Of a DNA stretch of 64,000 bases, positions 48,681 through 62,447 are shown one piece after another. Every line of letters begins with the position of its first letter. Within the stretch, counting starts at the first letter, position 1. Source of the DNA: Prorocentrum cordatum (lineage: Eukaryota); NCBI GenBank assembly GCA_963575745.1, contig CAUYUJ010000027.1:1-64000 (forward strand), in the 5' to 3' direction. A program made the translations under genes and the position numbers. A model generated the notes under the pieces. It did not search any database. It had not been told where the DNA came from and saw nothing but the letters and a program-made list of their open reading frames with translations.

Positions 48681-49341
48681 TTCCCTACCTAGGCTCTGCC
48701 TAGAGGGTTCTTGCTTTGTTTGCTTAAAAGGGGCCAGGCAGTGTAAAACGCCCTGGGTGGTTCCCCCAGTCCCCGCCCCGCGGTTCCCCCAGTTGCACCC
48801 CCCGGGTTCCCCTAGCTTAGCTTAGCTTAGCTTACCTTAGCTTAGCTCAGCTAAGCTTAGCTTAGCTTAACATAGCTGAGCGTAGCCTAGGCTAGCTTAT
48901 CTTAGCTTAGCTTAACTTATCTCATCTTAGCTTAGCTTAACTTATCTTAGCTGAACTTAGTTGAGCTTAGCTTAGCTTAGCTTAGCTTAGCTTAGCTTAG
49001 CTTAGCTTATATCATCTTAGCTTAGCTTACCTCATCGTAGCTTAGCTTAGCTCAGCTTAGCGTACCTTAGCTTAGCTTAGCGCAGCGCAGCATAGCGCAG
49101 CGCAACATTAGCACATCATAGCATAGCATAGCATAGCATAGCCAAGCATAGCATACCATAGCATAGCATAGCTCAGCATAGCATAGCATAGCATAGCATA
49201 CCATAGCATAGCATAGCATAGCACAGCATCGCATAGCATATCATATATGCAGGTGTAGATGTACATGTAGCTGTCGGTGTATATGTAGATGTTGCTTTCC
49301 TAAATGCTCCAACTCCTAGATAGGGTCGCACTGGGATAATT
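48681..49341 (+). mobile_element. Second copy of the subTIR/microsatellite element
   Basis: Reads ttccctacctaggctctgcctagagggttc ... (cttag)n (catag)n ... ctagatagggtcgcactgggataatt. Confidence 0.65.
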
Positions 49342-50279
49342 ATATAGCCATATATATGTATATATATGTATATAGGTGTGTACACTTGTATCTATATGGA
49401 ATTATATATATTATATTTCTTCCGAGAGGGGGGAGCTGAGCTGAGGCTCTGTGGGCATTGTCTTATGGTTGTCGTCCCATTCCGCCACCGTGCCTGGGTT
49501 GTGGGTGATAACGAAGCCTTTGAGAGGTTCGTGGGTATGTCGTGGAAGGGCAGCCGATATTCTACCTGCTGAATCTTTCTGCAGTAATGTAGCGAGCCTT
49601 GCTGCGACTCGACGCGCAGGCCCGAGCATGCATGTCACAGCTGAGAAATGCAGGCATGTGTGATGAGAAGTGCATGTGTACACTTGAGATGTACAAGTAC
49701 AGCGCATCATGCATGCTGTGGGCGTTTATGCTCAAACCATGAGACAAACGAACCCCTCCTATGCTCTTCCTCTCATGCAGCGATAGCGAGGGCACGGCGA
49801 CGACGGTCACATCCTGAGCATTCTCTCGGACCCCAGGGACCCCTTCGGTTTCCAGTGGACGTTCGAGGAGTATCGACGGTTGTTCTTGTTCGTCCTCATC
49901 GTCCTCCCTTTCGTCCTCGTCGTCGTCGTCCTCCTTCCTCCTCCTCCTCGTCCTCCTCTTCCTCCGTCCTCGTCCTTCTCCTCCTCGTCCTCCCTCCTCC
50001 TTGTCCTCCTCTTCCTCCTGCTCCTCCTCCTCCTCCTCCTCCTCCCTCCTCACTCCTCGCCTCTTGCCCCTGCTCTCCGAGGACGGGCAGGGGGCCCGGA
50101 GGCTCGGGCCTGTCCCCCGCCCGCGCGGGAGGCTGCTCCCGCTCCGGACCGCCTGGCGGCCGTGGACTCCATGAGGCGGACCGCCGCCACCCCTTTCTCC
50201 CGGGCTGGAAGGAGAAGGGGGGAGCAGCGGCGAGGACGAACGGGAGGATGAGGAGGAGGATGAGGAGGAGGAAGAGGAA

Positions 50280-51348
50280 CATTCTAATGATGATGCGGCT
50301 GCTCATGATAGTGAGGACGATGATGATGCTAATGTTGACGATGCTAATGATTATGATGATGATGACACTGTTGCTGTGATGAGGAGGATCGTGATGATGT
50401 TAATGATGATGCCGATGCTGATGCTGATGCTGATGATGCTGCTGCTGATGATGCTGCTGATGATGATGATGCTGATGCTGATGATGATGTTGATGCTGCT
50501 GATGATGATACCGATTAACATGATGATGCTGATGATGTTGATGACGCTCATGATGATGATTATGATGATTCTGCTGATGAAGATGATGGTGATGGTGATG
50601 ATGATGCTGATGCTGATGCTGCTGATAATGTTGATGGTGCTGGTGATGGTGGTCATGCTGATCTTTATGCTGATGATTATGATGGTGATGCTGATGATGA
50701 TGCTGATGCTGCTGATACTGATGATGCTGTTGATGATGACGACGACGATGATGATGATGATGATGATGATCCTGATGATGATGATGATGCTAACGACGAC
50801 GACGATGATGATGATGCTGATGACGGTGATGATGATGATGACGATGCTGACGATGGTGATTGTTATGATGATGATGCTGATGCTGATGATGATGATGCTG
50901 CGGATGCTGATGCTGATGATGACGGTAATGATGGTGCTGATGAGGATGATGCTGATGATGCTGAGGATGCTGATGATGGCGATTACGATGCTGGTGCTGC
51001 TGGTCATGATGCTGATGCTGATGATGATGATGATGATGCTGTTGGTGATGGTGATGATGCTGATGACGATGATGATGCTGCTGCTGATGATGATGCTGAT
51101 GATGATGATTCTGATGATGATCATGCTGATGATGATGATGATGATGATGATGATTGTGATGGTGCTGATGATGGTGCTGATGATGATGGGGATGATGATG
51201 AGAATGAGGATGCTGATGATGATTATGCTGATGATGCTGGATGATGCTGAGGATGATGATGATGATGATGGTGGTGATGATGATGATATTGACGCTGGTG
51301 CTGATGATGATGATGGTGGGGATGCTGATGCTGATGATGCTGATGCTC

Positions 51349-51383
<35 letters not shown>

Positions 51384-51693
51384 AATGATGATGAATTTGA
51401 TGCTGCTGCTGGTGATGATGCTGCTCATGACAATGGTCAGGATGCTAATGATGATGCTGATGATAAGGATATTTTTTCTGATGATGATGCTGATCATGCT
51501 GATGGTGGTCATGATGATGCTGATGTTGATGCTGATGATGATGATGATGGTGATGATGATGAATTTGATGCTGCTGCTGGTGATGATGCTGCTTATGACA
51601 ATGGTCATGATGCTGATGACGATGCTGATGATGAGGATGTTTTCTCTGATGCTGATGCTGATCATGTTGATGGTGGTGATGATGCTGATCATT

Positions 51694-51744
<51 letters not shown>

Positions 51745-51884
51745 GTGATGCTGCTGATGATGATGATTATGCTGATGATTATGATGATGGTGATGATGAT
51801 TTTGCTGCTGATGGTGTTGATGGCAGTGATGATGATGACGCTGATGATGCTGCCGCTGATGACGATTATGGTGACGACGACGTA

Positions 51885-51936
<52 letters not shown>

Positions 51937-52194
51937 GTGATGGTGATGGTGATGATCGTGACGACGATAATGATGATGCTGATGACGGTGATGGTGATGA
52001 TGTTGATGATGATGATGATGCCGATGATGAATGTTATGATGATAATGCTGATGCTGATGCTGATGCTGATGCCGATGCTGATGCTGATGCTGATGCTGAT
52101 GATGGCGATGATGATGGTGCTGATGATGATGCTGATGATGCTGATTGATGATGATTATGATGCTGATGCTGCTGATGCTGATGCTGATGCTGAT

Positions 52195-52242
<48 letters not shown>

Positions 52243-52927
52243 AATGATGATGATGATGATTGGGATGGTTATGATGATGCTGATGGCGACGATGATGATG
52301 ATGATGATGCTGATGATGATGATGATGATGAGGTTATGGGCATGGTGCTGATGATGCTGTTGTTGATGATGATGATGGTGATGGCTATGAGGATGCTGAA
52401 GGCGATGATGATGGTGTTGATGAGGATGATGCTGATGCTGCTGATGATGATGCTGATGCTGATGCTGATGATGATGATGATGATGATGATGATGCTGATG
52501 ACGATTCTGCTGCTGATGGTGACGATGATGACGATGATGACGGTGATGATGCTGATGATGATGATGATGATAATGATGATGACGATGTCGATGATGCTGA
52601 TGATGCGGACGATGCTGATGGTGATGATGATGCTGCCGCTGATGATGTTTATGATGATTCTGATGATGATCATGAGGCTGATGTTGATGATGATGGTGAT
52701 GATGATGGTGGTGATGATGACGATGATGAGGATGATGATGATGATGATGATGATGATTATGATGATGGTGATACTGCTGATGATGATGCTGCTGCTTCTG
52801 ATGATGATGAGGAGGAGGAGGAGGAGAAGATGGAGGAGGAGTACGAGGAAACATAGGAGGAGGAGGTGGAGTAGGAGGAGGATGAGGAGGAGGGAAACAC
52901 GAGGAGGAGGAACACCGAGGAAGAGGG

Positions 52928-52981
<54 letters not shown>

Positions 52982-53224
52982 CGACGATGATGCTGATGAC
53001 GCTGATGATGCTGATGATGGTGATGATGATGATGATGCTGATGATGCCGATGCTGATGATGATGATGATGCTGATGATGACGATGATGATGATGATGATG
53101 ATTCTGATGATGATAATGGGATGATGATGATGCTGATGATGCTGATCATGATGCTGATGATGATGATGACGATGATGATGCTACCGCTGATTATGAGGTT
53201 GATGATGATTATGATGATGAATCC

Positions 53225-53255
<31 letters not shown>

Positions 53256-53312
53256 CTGATGATGATGATGATGATGATGATGCTGATGATGATGATGATT
53301 CCTATGATGAAC

Positions 53313-53344
<32 letters not shown>

Positions 53345-53606
53345 GATGAGCTCTTGCTGTTGTTGATGGTGATGATGATGCTGATGATCATGATGATGAT
53401 GGTGACGATGATGACGCTGATGATGCTGATGTTGATGCTAAGGATGATGCCGATGCAAGTTATGCTCATGATGATGCTGCTGATGATGCTTGTGGTGATG
53501 ATGCACCTGATGACGGTGCTCTTGCTGTGGCTGATGATGATGATGATGATGATGATGATGGTGTTGGGTATGATGATGAGTATGATGATTGTGATGGTGA
53601 TGATGC

Positions 53607-53656
<50 letters not shown>

Positions 53657-53962
53657 GTGATGGTGATGGTGATGGTGCTTATGATGATGATGCTGATGAT
53701 AATGTTGACGCTGATGATGATGCTGCTGATGCTGATGGTGATGATGATGATGGTATTGATCATGACGATGTTGATGACGATGATGATGATGCTGCTGATG
53801 TGGATGATGATGGTGATGGCGCTGATGATGTTGATGATGATGCTGATGATGACTGCGATGATGATGAGGCTTTTGTTCTTGTTGGTGTTGTTACTGTTGA
53901 GGGTGATGATGATGGTTATGCTGATGATGATGACGATGTTGGTGGTGGTGATGATGATGCTT

Positions 53963-54027
<65 letters not shown>

Positions 54028-54318
54028 CATGATGATGACCATGCGGGTGATCCTGATGCTGCTGCTGCTGATGATGATGATGATGAGGATGATGATGATG
54101 ATGATGATGATGCTGTTGATTCTGTTTATGATGCGCATGCGAATGGTGATGGGGTGTTGGGCGGGGAGGCGGATGGTGGGAAGGATAGTGACGACGACGA
54201 GGTGGATGGACAGGAGGAGGATGAGGAGGAGGAGGACGAGGATGGGTGGAAGAAGAGGAGGATCACGTGGATGGGATGGATGATGGATGATGGATGATGG
54301 TGATGGTGATGGTGATGG

Positions 54319-54381
<63 letters not shown>

Positions 54382-54403
54382 CGATGATGACGACGATGAT
54401 GAC

Positions 54404-54450
<47 letters not shown>

Positions 54451-54470
54451 GGATGATGATGATGATGATG
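50280..54470 (+). repeat. ~4.2-kb degenerate (GAT)n/(GCT)n trinucleotide tract
   Basis: Directly visible; interrupted by GAG-rich patches near 52810-52930 and 54160-54280. Confidence 0.95.
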
Positions 54471-54474
54471 ATCG

Positions 54475-54672
54475 GGAGGAGGAGGAGGAGGAGGAGGAGG
54501 AAGAGGAGGAGGACCAGGTGGAGGAGGAGGAGACGGAGGAGGAGGAGGAGGAGGAGTAGGAGGAGGAGGAGGAGGAGGAGGAGGAGGAGGAGGAGGAGGA
54601 GGAGGAGGAGGACGCGGACGCGGACGAGGAGGAGGAGGAGGAGGAGGAGGAGGAGGAGGAGGAGGAGGAGTA
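54475..54672 (+). repeat. (GAG)n microsatellite
   Basis: Directly visible. Confidence 0.95.
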
Positions 54673-57529
54673 GGCGAGGATTGGAACAGGGAAGCGCTTC
54701 TCCCCCCCGTGGTTATCGTTTCTGCTATTGTCCGCTGTTCCTGGTCCTCGCCCTTACTTTTTTCTGCTAGTGTCCTCTGTGTGTTCCTCCGCTTTTTCGT
54801 CCTCGTCCTCGTCATGGTCCTCGTCCTCGTCGTATTGATACTTGTCCTGGTCCTCCTCATCGTCGTCGTCGTAGTCGTCCTCCCCTTCGTCCGTGTCGTC
54901 GTCATCCTCGTCTTCATCGTCGTCGTCGTCGTCGTAGTCGTCCTCCTCTTCGTCCTTGTCGTCGTCGTGGTCGTCGTCGTGGTGGTGGTCGTCGTCGTCG
55001 TCGTCATTCTGGCTCCAGCGGCCCGAGGCCTGGCCAGACCTAGGGGTTACTGAACTCAACCTGCCTCAACTATCGAGTCAATGTCGGCGCGCTTCGACCA
55101 CGCTTCCGACGTAACTACGCACATCCATACTGGCAGTTGACGTTCCTTCTCTATCTGACTGGTCCTGGCGCGGCAGTTGTGGCATGGCCTGACCACCCGA
55201 GCGCAGATGGTGGCAAAAGGCGGTCAAACTCATAATCCACACCCTCGGAAGCCATCCTTTCGGCGAATTGGTAATGGAGGGTCTGGTTCCTCCGTCCAGG
55301 TGGAATGTGGATGACCGTGACTACCTCGAGTACATTGTGCCCTTCTCTCCTTTTCCGCTTCCTCGTCGTTATCGTCGTCGTCGTCCTCCTCATCTTCCTG
55401 TTGCTCATCTTTCTTCTCCTCAGTACCCTCTTCCGCTATTCCTCATTATCCACCGTTTTTTTCTGCCCTTCTCCTCGTCCTCCCCCTCCCCCTTCCTCCA
55501 TTCTTCCTGCTGCTGCTCGTCCACCCCCTTCTTTGAATTTATCATCGTCGCGCGACCAGACGTGTCGGTAGGGCTATCTGGGCGTTTCGGCAGAGACTTT
55601 CGTACTGCTGTTAGTCCTGAGTCTTGAGGTTTCCAGCAGGGCAGGATCGAGGGCGGCCCGTTTTTAAGCGAAGCCATCGCCTTCGTGCCTCTCGCGCGTG
55701 TCCCAAAAGCTTCGAACATCTGCACGCTCCTGCTCTGTCGTTGTCGTCCTCCTCCCGCCGCTCCTCCCCCTTCTGCACTCGACCGCCCTCATCGCTCCCC
55801 CTCCTCGGAGCAGGCCTTCGCCTCGCCGGCCCCCGCCCGTTGTCTCGCGGGCCCTCGCCCGGCCCCTCGCTGGCCCTCGCGTGTTCCACCGCGGAGACGA
55901 CGCCGCTGACGACCGCGGCTGCGGCGGCGGCGGCGACGCCGACGACGCCGACGGCGGCGGCGACGACGGCAGCCCACCCCGCGCAGGGACGAGCTGCGAG
56001 CGGTCAGCTGCGCCCTCTTCGGAGCAGGCGCGCCGCGCGCGCTGGGGGTGCTCCGCCTCCTGCCTCGCCGTGCGCACCTCCAGCACGCGGGCCTTGCCTC
56101 GCGCCGCGCGGGCGGTTGCGGCGACCCACGGCTTGTGAGCACCGCCGTCGGAGCGAGCAGCGGCCGATAGATCGAGCGGGCTGCGCCGCCGGAGCGCGGC
56201 GTCCGCTCGAGGCGGAAAGATATCCACGCGGTGTCGGAGGCCGACGCCTGGGCCGCCTCGCCACGCGGCGTCGGTCGTGCCTCGAGCCTCGGCGCGCTCG
56301 CGCCCCGAGCGCCGCCTCGCAGCGGCAGGCGGGCCGGCCTCGCCTCGGGCCGAAGCGCGCCGCGTGGGAGCAGGCCTCCGGAGAGAGCCGCTCCATGGAA
56401 GTCGATCAGGGGCGGCGGCGGCCGCCGCGGCCTGGCGCATCCCGTCGGAGGTCGCCTCGGACGTCGTTCCCGTTCGGCGGGCGCCCTGGAGGTCCTTGCG
56501 GGGGGGGGGGCCTCGGAGACTCGGCGGCGAGCGAGGGGGGGAAGCGAGAAGGAGAAGTCCTCCTCGGAAGTCGGCGGGGCTGCTCCGAAGCCCTCGCGCC
56601 TCCCGAGAAGTCTTTTGTTGTCTTCGGGGAAGGCTCATAAAGCTTCTCAGAAGGCCCCGGGTCCTTCGAGCCTTCTGAGAAGGCCCGCCCTTTTCCACTT
56701 CCCCTCGGGCTCGCCGCCGAGACGTCTCTCGGGGTGCTTCCCGCGGAGGCCCTTCGGCTGTCTCCGGGGGTCTCTCTCGCGGGTTTTCTCGGCGGCCTGC
56801 GCGGGTTGGGCCAGGGTTGGGCGGTGGGGATGGGGGGGTGCGGGGGGGGGGTCAGGGCGGAGGAGGGGGGGGGCCTCTGCGGAAAGGGGGGGGGGGGCAA
56901 GCTAGGTGCGCTCGCGTCATATCTGACGTCCTACCCCTCCCTCCTATCCCTTGCCATGGCGTGCGTAGATCTCCTCTATATTATTCGCACAGTCGGATGT
57001 CCAGCAGGGCAATGATCGCGAGAGGGTGCGCGATGCATCGGAGAGCGCGGCATGGCATGGCGTAGAAGAGCAGGGTAGAGCGTAGAATGTCATAGCATGG
57101 CGTGGCATTGCGTGGTGAAGCATTGCATCACAAAGCATTGCAACGCACCGCATGGCATCGCACAGTGGCGCAGAACAGAACACCGCACAACATGTCATGG
57201 CAGGGCGCTGGGTTCTTTGGAGGGTAACTGGATCGTTTTCGAAGGGCCTGGGCTGGTCTGGAGTCGCAGCTCCATGTTTGGCTCCCTGGGCTCCCCGAAA
57301 AGCTTCCCACGGCAGGGCTGATGGAGAGCACCCGCTGGCTCTGCTTGCAACATCGCCTTCTGAAAGCAGAAACGGAGCTCCCGCTGGATACTTCCTCCAA
57401 ACGACGCCGCGGGGCCTTCTGCGGACCAAAAATGCAACGAATCGACGCCAGATGTGTAATCACTTGCGTTTTTTTTTTTTTTCTGGGGGCCATTTTCTAG
57501 ATTTGGGGCCTATTTTGACGGACCGAAAA

Positions 57530-57780
57530 TGCCGGCGCTGCAGCGGGAGTACGTTTTGGAACAACCAGAGGCGCAGAAATGGGGCCAGCGCTGCAGCGGG
57601 AGCAGCACTTTGAAGGACCGAACAGAATCGAATTGTCACAAAACACAGGTGAAAACCAGGAAATGAAGCCAGCGCTGCAGCGGGACCGCCATTCGGAGCG
57701 AGCGGAAGCGCGGAAATGAGGCCAGCGCTGCAGCGGGAGCACGATTCGGAACGAGCCCGAAAATGAGGGAGGCGCTGCGA
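57530..57780 (+). repeat. Short degenerate repeat with core aaatgRRgccagcgctgcagcggga
   Basis: The core recurs near 57535, 57585, 57669 and 57722. Confidence 0.65.
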
Positions 57781-59400
57781 GGGAGAGAGACGAGGAGGCG
57801 CTGGGGGAGGACGAGGTGGAGGAGGAGGGCGAGGACGCCGCCTCTTGCCGCGGAAGCCCTCCCTCTCCTCTCCCGCCGCGCAGGTGCGCCCTGAGCCCGC
57901 CCGCGGCCCGCTCCTGGACTCCTGCTGTTCGACCGCCCTGCGCTCCACGGATCGCCGCGGCAGAACACTGCACCGTGCCGCGTCCCCCCCTCCCAGGGAT
58001 CCGACGCTACAGACATCGGAGCCGAAGATCTTCGGCCTCCGGGGGCCCTCGCCGGGCCTCGGGAGCGTCAGCAGAAGGACTCGGGGCGAAAAGCCGGCCC
58101 CGATCGGGGCAGTGGTCCGGACCTCCGGGGCCCACGCAGCGAAAAAGTCGGAGCGGAGGGATGTCCTTGGGTTGGAGCGCTGTCGGCCCTGATCGGTAGG
58201 CCGACCCTGCCACATCACGTGCACCCTGGTGTCCTCAGTCCTGCGGCCCGTGCCTTCTGGGTTCCTGTGGCAGCGTGGCCCTCAGAGGAGGGTCTCGTGT
58301 CCTCCCACGTGTCCTCTCCAGTCGAGTCCGAACGTGGGGGTCAGAGTCTTCCGTCGCGCGAGCACGGCACCGTAGCCGCCCTTGTCTGCGTCCCACCGCC
58401 CCGGAGCTCTGACGTCGTGACACTCGCATGACTCAGCTCTTGGGGGACTCTTGGGCGATCTTGGAGGCCTCTGGGGCCGCCCTGGAGCGCCGTGAAGCCG
58501 TAAAGGCGAGAACGCCCGAGTCCTTCAACACCTTTGAAGCACCGCTGACTTTGGCTCTCCGGAGGGCCTCGTGGAGGCAGTGTGGGGGGGGACCCTTCCC
58601 CGGGGGCCGGTGCCTCCTCCCGAGCCTTTTTTTTTTGGACGGCCCCGCGGCCTGGCGGGGGCCGCCCCAGTCCGAACAGCCGTGGCCAGAAGCCTCCCGC
58701 CCCTCAGACCCCCGACGTCACGATTTTTCACGATGTCCACGTCGACCGACGATGCACGCCCACGTCGACGATGCATCGCCGATGCATCACCGATGCATCG
58801 GCGACGCGGGGCGATCCCCCGACCCCATCTACCCAGACCCCCGACGTGACGTCATGATTTTTTTCATAACGTCGACCCCCAGAGTTCTCGACCCGCTCCC
58901 CAGGGCCAGTTTCCCATCCCGAGTCGGTTTCTGGAGGGTCCCGAGGCCCGGCGAGGTCCCCCGCAGGCTAGAAATTAGGAACAACCTCCCGTCGTGATTT
59001 CTTCAGAACCCGAGGGGGTCTGGGCCCCGAGCTCTTCGCGCGGCGCGACGGGGCCGGGCCCCGGCGGCCCCCGCGGGGCCCAGCGCGCGCTGTGAAAACA
59101 TCATGACGTCGGGGGTCTGGCCCCCCCGCTCCGCCGCCAGAGTGCCTCCTTCGCTCCACAGCAGTCCTGTTGCAGCCCGGCCGCAACTTGGCCCAGGGCG
59201 CCGTAGCAGCTGTACAGAATCTGGCTTGGGGCAGTGCCGTTTTTACCTAACAGCGAAGACTGATAGGTTTCTAGTGGGGTCAAAAGAGAGCATCATGACT
59301 CCTCAGGGGGGTCGGGGCGGGACCCGGGGCGGGACCCGGCGCGGCTGCCGTCGAAGCCCAAATCGCTTGGGACATCCTCGCAAAATCGCTCTTGGCGCTG

Positions 59401-59800
59401 CTAGAACTCCATTCCCGGCGTACATTTTGGATGCCCGGAGCCAACTGTAGGCCACTTCGTGCTCTTCGACTTCCCAGAACTCCATTCCCGGGCCACATTT
59501 TGGATGCCCGGAGCCAACTGTAGGCCACTTCGTGTGTCTTCGAGTTCCCAGAACTCCATTCCCGGGCCACATTTTGGATGCCCGGAGCCAACTGTAGGCC
59601 ACTTCGTGGTCTTCGAGTTCCCAGAACTCCATTCCCGGGCCACATTTTGAATGCCCGGAGCCAACTGTAGGCCACTTCGTGCTCTTCGAGTTCCCAGAAC
59701 TCCATTCCTGGGCATGATTTTGAATGCCCGGAGCCAACTGTAGGCCACTTCGTGTTCTTCTAGTTCCCAGAACTCCATTCCTGGGCCACATTTTGAATGC
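59401..59800 (+). repeat. ~73-bp minisatellite, about 5.5 copies
   Basis: Unit agaactccattcccgggccacattttggatgcccggagccaactgtaggccacttcgtg..cttcgagttccc, with starts at 59403, 59476 and onward. Confidence 0.92.
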
Positions 59801-60132
59801 TGAGGCAGGCTGATGCTGCGGCCGAGGCAGGCTGAGGCTGAGGCAGGCTGAGGCTGAGGCCGAGGCTGAAGGCAGACTGAGGCTGAGGCTGAAGCAGACT
59901 GAGGCTGAGGCTGAGGCAGGCTGAGGCTGAGGCTGAGCAGGCTGATGCTGAGGCAGGCTGAGGCTGAGGCTGAGGCTGATGCAGGCTGAGGCTGAGGCAG
60001 GCTGAGGCTGAGGCCGAGGCTGAAGGCAGACTGAGGCTGAGGCTGAAGCAGGCTGAGGCTGAGGCTGAGGCAGGCTGAGGCTGAGGCAGGCTGAGGCTGA
60101 GGCTGAGGCAGGCTGAGGCTGAGGCTGAGGCT
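59800..60132 (+). repeat. (CTGAGG)n hexanucleotide tract
   Basis: Directly visible. Confidence 0.92.
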
Positions 60133-61007
60133 GTGACTGCGACTGCCGTTACCACTGCGACTGTCATCGCGAATGCGACTACGACTGCGAGAACAGCAGA
60201 ATTCTACAACTGGATTCTCATTTTAATCTGAAGGGGAATGCTTCCAGATATGCTCCTACGCATCGCTGTTAGGTTGCTTTGCCGGGATAATTAATACATG
60301 CTCCACGTGCGGATCATGTATAAAAAACGCAGGGATATATTATTAATAGCAACGATGAGTTCATGCATAGTTTTATTCATAAATTAATCATTTATATATC
60401 CTATGTATTGAAAAAACAACTGCCCTGTAGGCTTTGCCGCCTTCTGGCCGTGTGTTCCGTGTGTTCCGTTGTTGTACCCGTGCGACCATCGGGACGACGC
60501 CGCTGCACAAACGGAAGCCACTCTGCCTGGGCGGGCGGCCCCCCCCCGTCGTGCATCCGTTGGTCGGGCTGGCTCGCTGGCGCGTCGGAACAAGCACGTG
60601 CGTCCGGCTTGGGATTCGGTGCCAGGCACAGCTGGCGCGGCGGCGAAACGCACAAAACGACCCAGGCTCAGGAAGGGTGCCCTTGCGCTCTTCTCCACGT
60701 CTGGCTGCCTGCTCTTTCCTCGGGTGCCTCCATGGGGCCTTGTTAGGGCCTTGGGTCCGTCGGCTTGTGCTCTTGAGTCTCGATGCGCGTTCTCGTGGCT
60801 GTGTTTCGATTGTATTGCGCTGTCCACGCAGGCGGCGGCCGAGGTCGCGGGTGCGCGGGCACGCCCAGGCTGACGGCGCACAGGGCGGGCGCTGCCGGGG
60901 GGGACGGCGCGCAGCGACCCCGAGAGGGGCTGTCCGTGGGAGGGACAGGAGTAAACATGCGCCTGCCCGAGGTGCGCGCGTGGCGGTATGGGGGCGAAAG
61001 GAGTGCA

Positions 61008-61100
<93 letters not shown>
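61008..61100 (+). repeat. (GTC)n microsatellite; further tracts at ~54790-55005, 62030-62120 and 62360-62460
   Basis: Directly visible. Confidence 0.95.
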
Positions 61101-62026
61101 CTCTCCGCCACCTGCCCCCAGTATGTTCCGCGATCCTTCCGCCCTCGCTGTGCGCGGCTCGATCTTCGCTGCAGAGGCTGGCCTCGCAGGCGCTCGACCC
61201 CGCAGCGCGGTGCCAGCAGCAGACCAGGGAAGTGTGCGATGCTCCTGTTGGGGAGGCCTCCCCAGAGGATTTCCCAGCCAGTTCTACGTCTTGTCTGCGG
61301 CTTGGCATGCCTCCTCGACGGCGCTCGGAGCCAACGCAATGCTCAAATCTGCAGCTTTGGATTGCACCAGCCAGCGGAGCCACGGCTCCTGACAGTGCTT
61401 TGTCTGTCCTCTCCCCGCGCTGCAGCGACCGTGCCGCAGTGTCCCCGCCCGCTGGGGCTGCTGTTGGCGTGCCAGAGCGTCGGGTTTGCTTCTTCCCGCT
61501 TGAGCTTGCGCAGTACGCTCAGTGCCGCCGTTCTCGGCAAGCCCGCGTGGCCAGCCTGGCGTGAGTGTGAGCGATGCGCCGTGAAGCGTGGCGCTCGCCG
61601 ACCGCTTGATTGTGCGGCTCAGCACCCTGAAGCACCGCTTGCATCCGTGACCTCCGCCTCTCCATACCTCGATTCTCCTCCGTCGGGCCGCCGTCCCTCA
61701 CCTCCGCAGGGCGTTCCCAGGCACTTCTATCGAGGGTGCGCAGGGGGAAGGCCTAGTCCAAGGTGAGGTCAGGGCAGCGAACCCAGCTCGAGGCCGAGAT
61801 TTCCATCCCCCAGGGACCCTCCAGAACGATTTTCCTCTGACCCGACCCGACCTCTGGGCCTGCCGCAGTTTCGCGTCACCCCGGTTTTCTCGGGTGTTCG
61901 GAGGCGCTTCTGCGTCCCGACCTCCTCCTCCCAGCTTCCCCCCCCGCCCCCGTGCACATCCCTGTTTTCCTCCCCCTCCCGCCTTCTCCACCCTTCTACA
62001 ACCTCCTCTTTCTGCCTCCCCTCATT

Positions 62027-62059
<33 letters not shown>

Positions 62060-62064
62060 GGTCG

Positions 62065-62096
<32 letters not shown>

Positions 62097-62359
62097 GTCG
62101 TCCTCCTCCTCCTCCTACTCCTCGTACTCTTCCCCCTCCTGATTCATCCTCCACCCGTTCTCCTCCGCCCTCCCTCCTACCCCTGCCGCCCACACCCCTC
62201 CACGCCCACCTGCCTGTCCCACTCCGCCCCCGCCTTCTTCCGTCGCACTCCCCACCTCGTCCTCATTTTCGCCCTCGAGTCTGTCGCCACTGTCGTTCGT
62301 CGTCGTCGCCTTCGTCGTTCATCGTCGCAGCCGCCGCGCCGCCGCCGCCGCCGCCGCGG

Positions 62360-62447
<88 letters not shown>

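Noticed and set aside
47390..49230. Telomeric repeats
   Set aside because: The units are ATGCT and CTAAG pentamers inside an interspersed element, not T(T)TTAGGG-type arrays.
50351..55059. Long poly-Met/Asp/His/Ile ORFs
   Set aside because: They are artefacts of (GAT)n and (GAG)n tracts, which lack stop codons in several frames.
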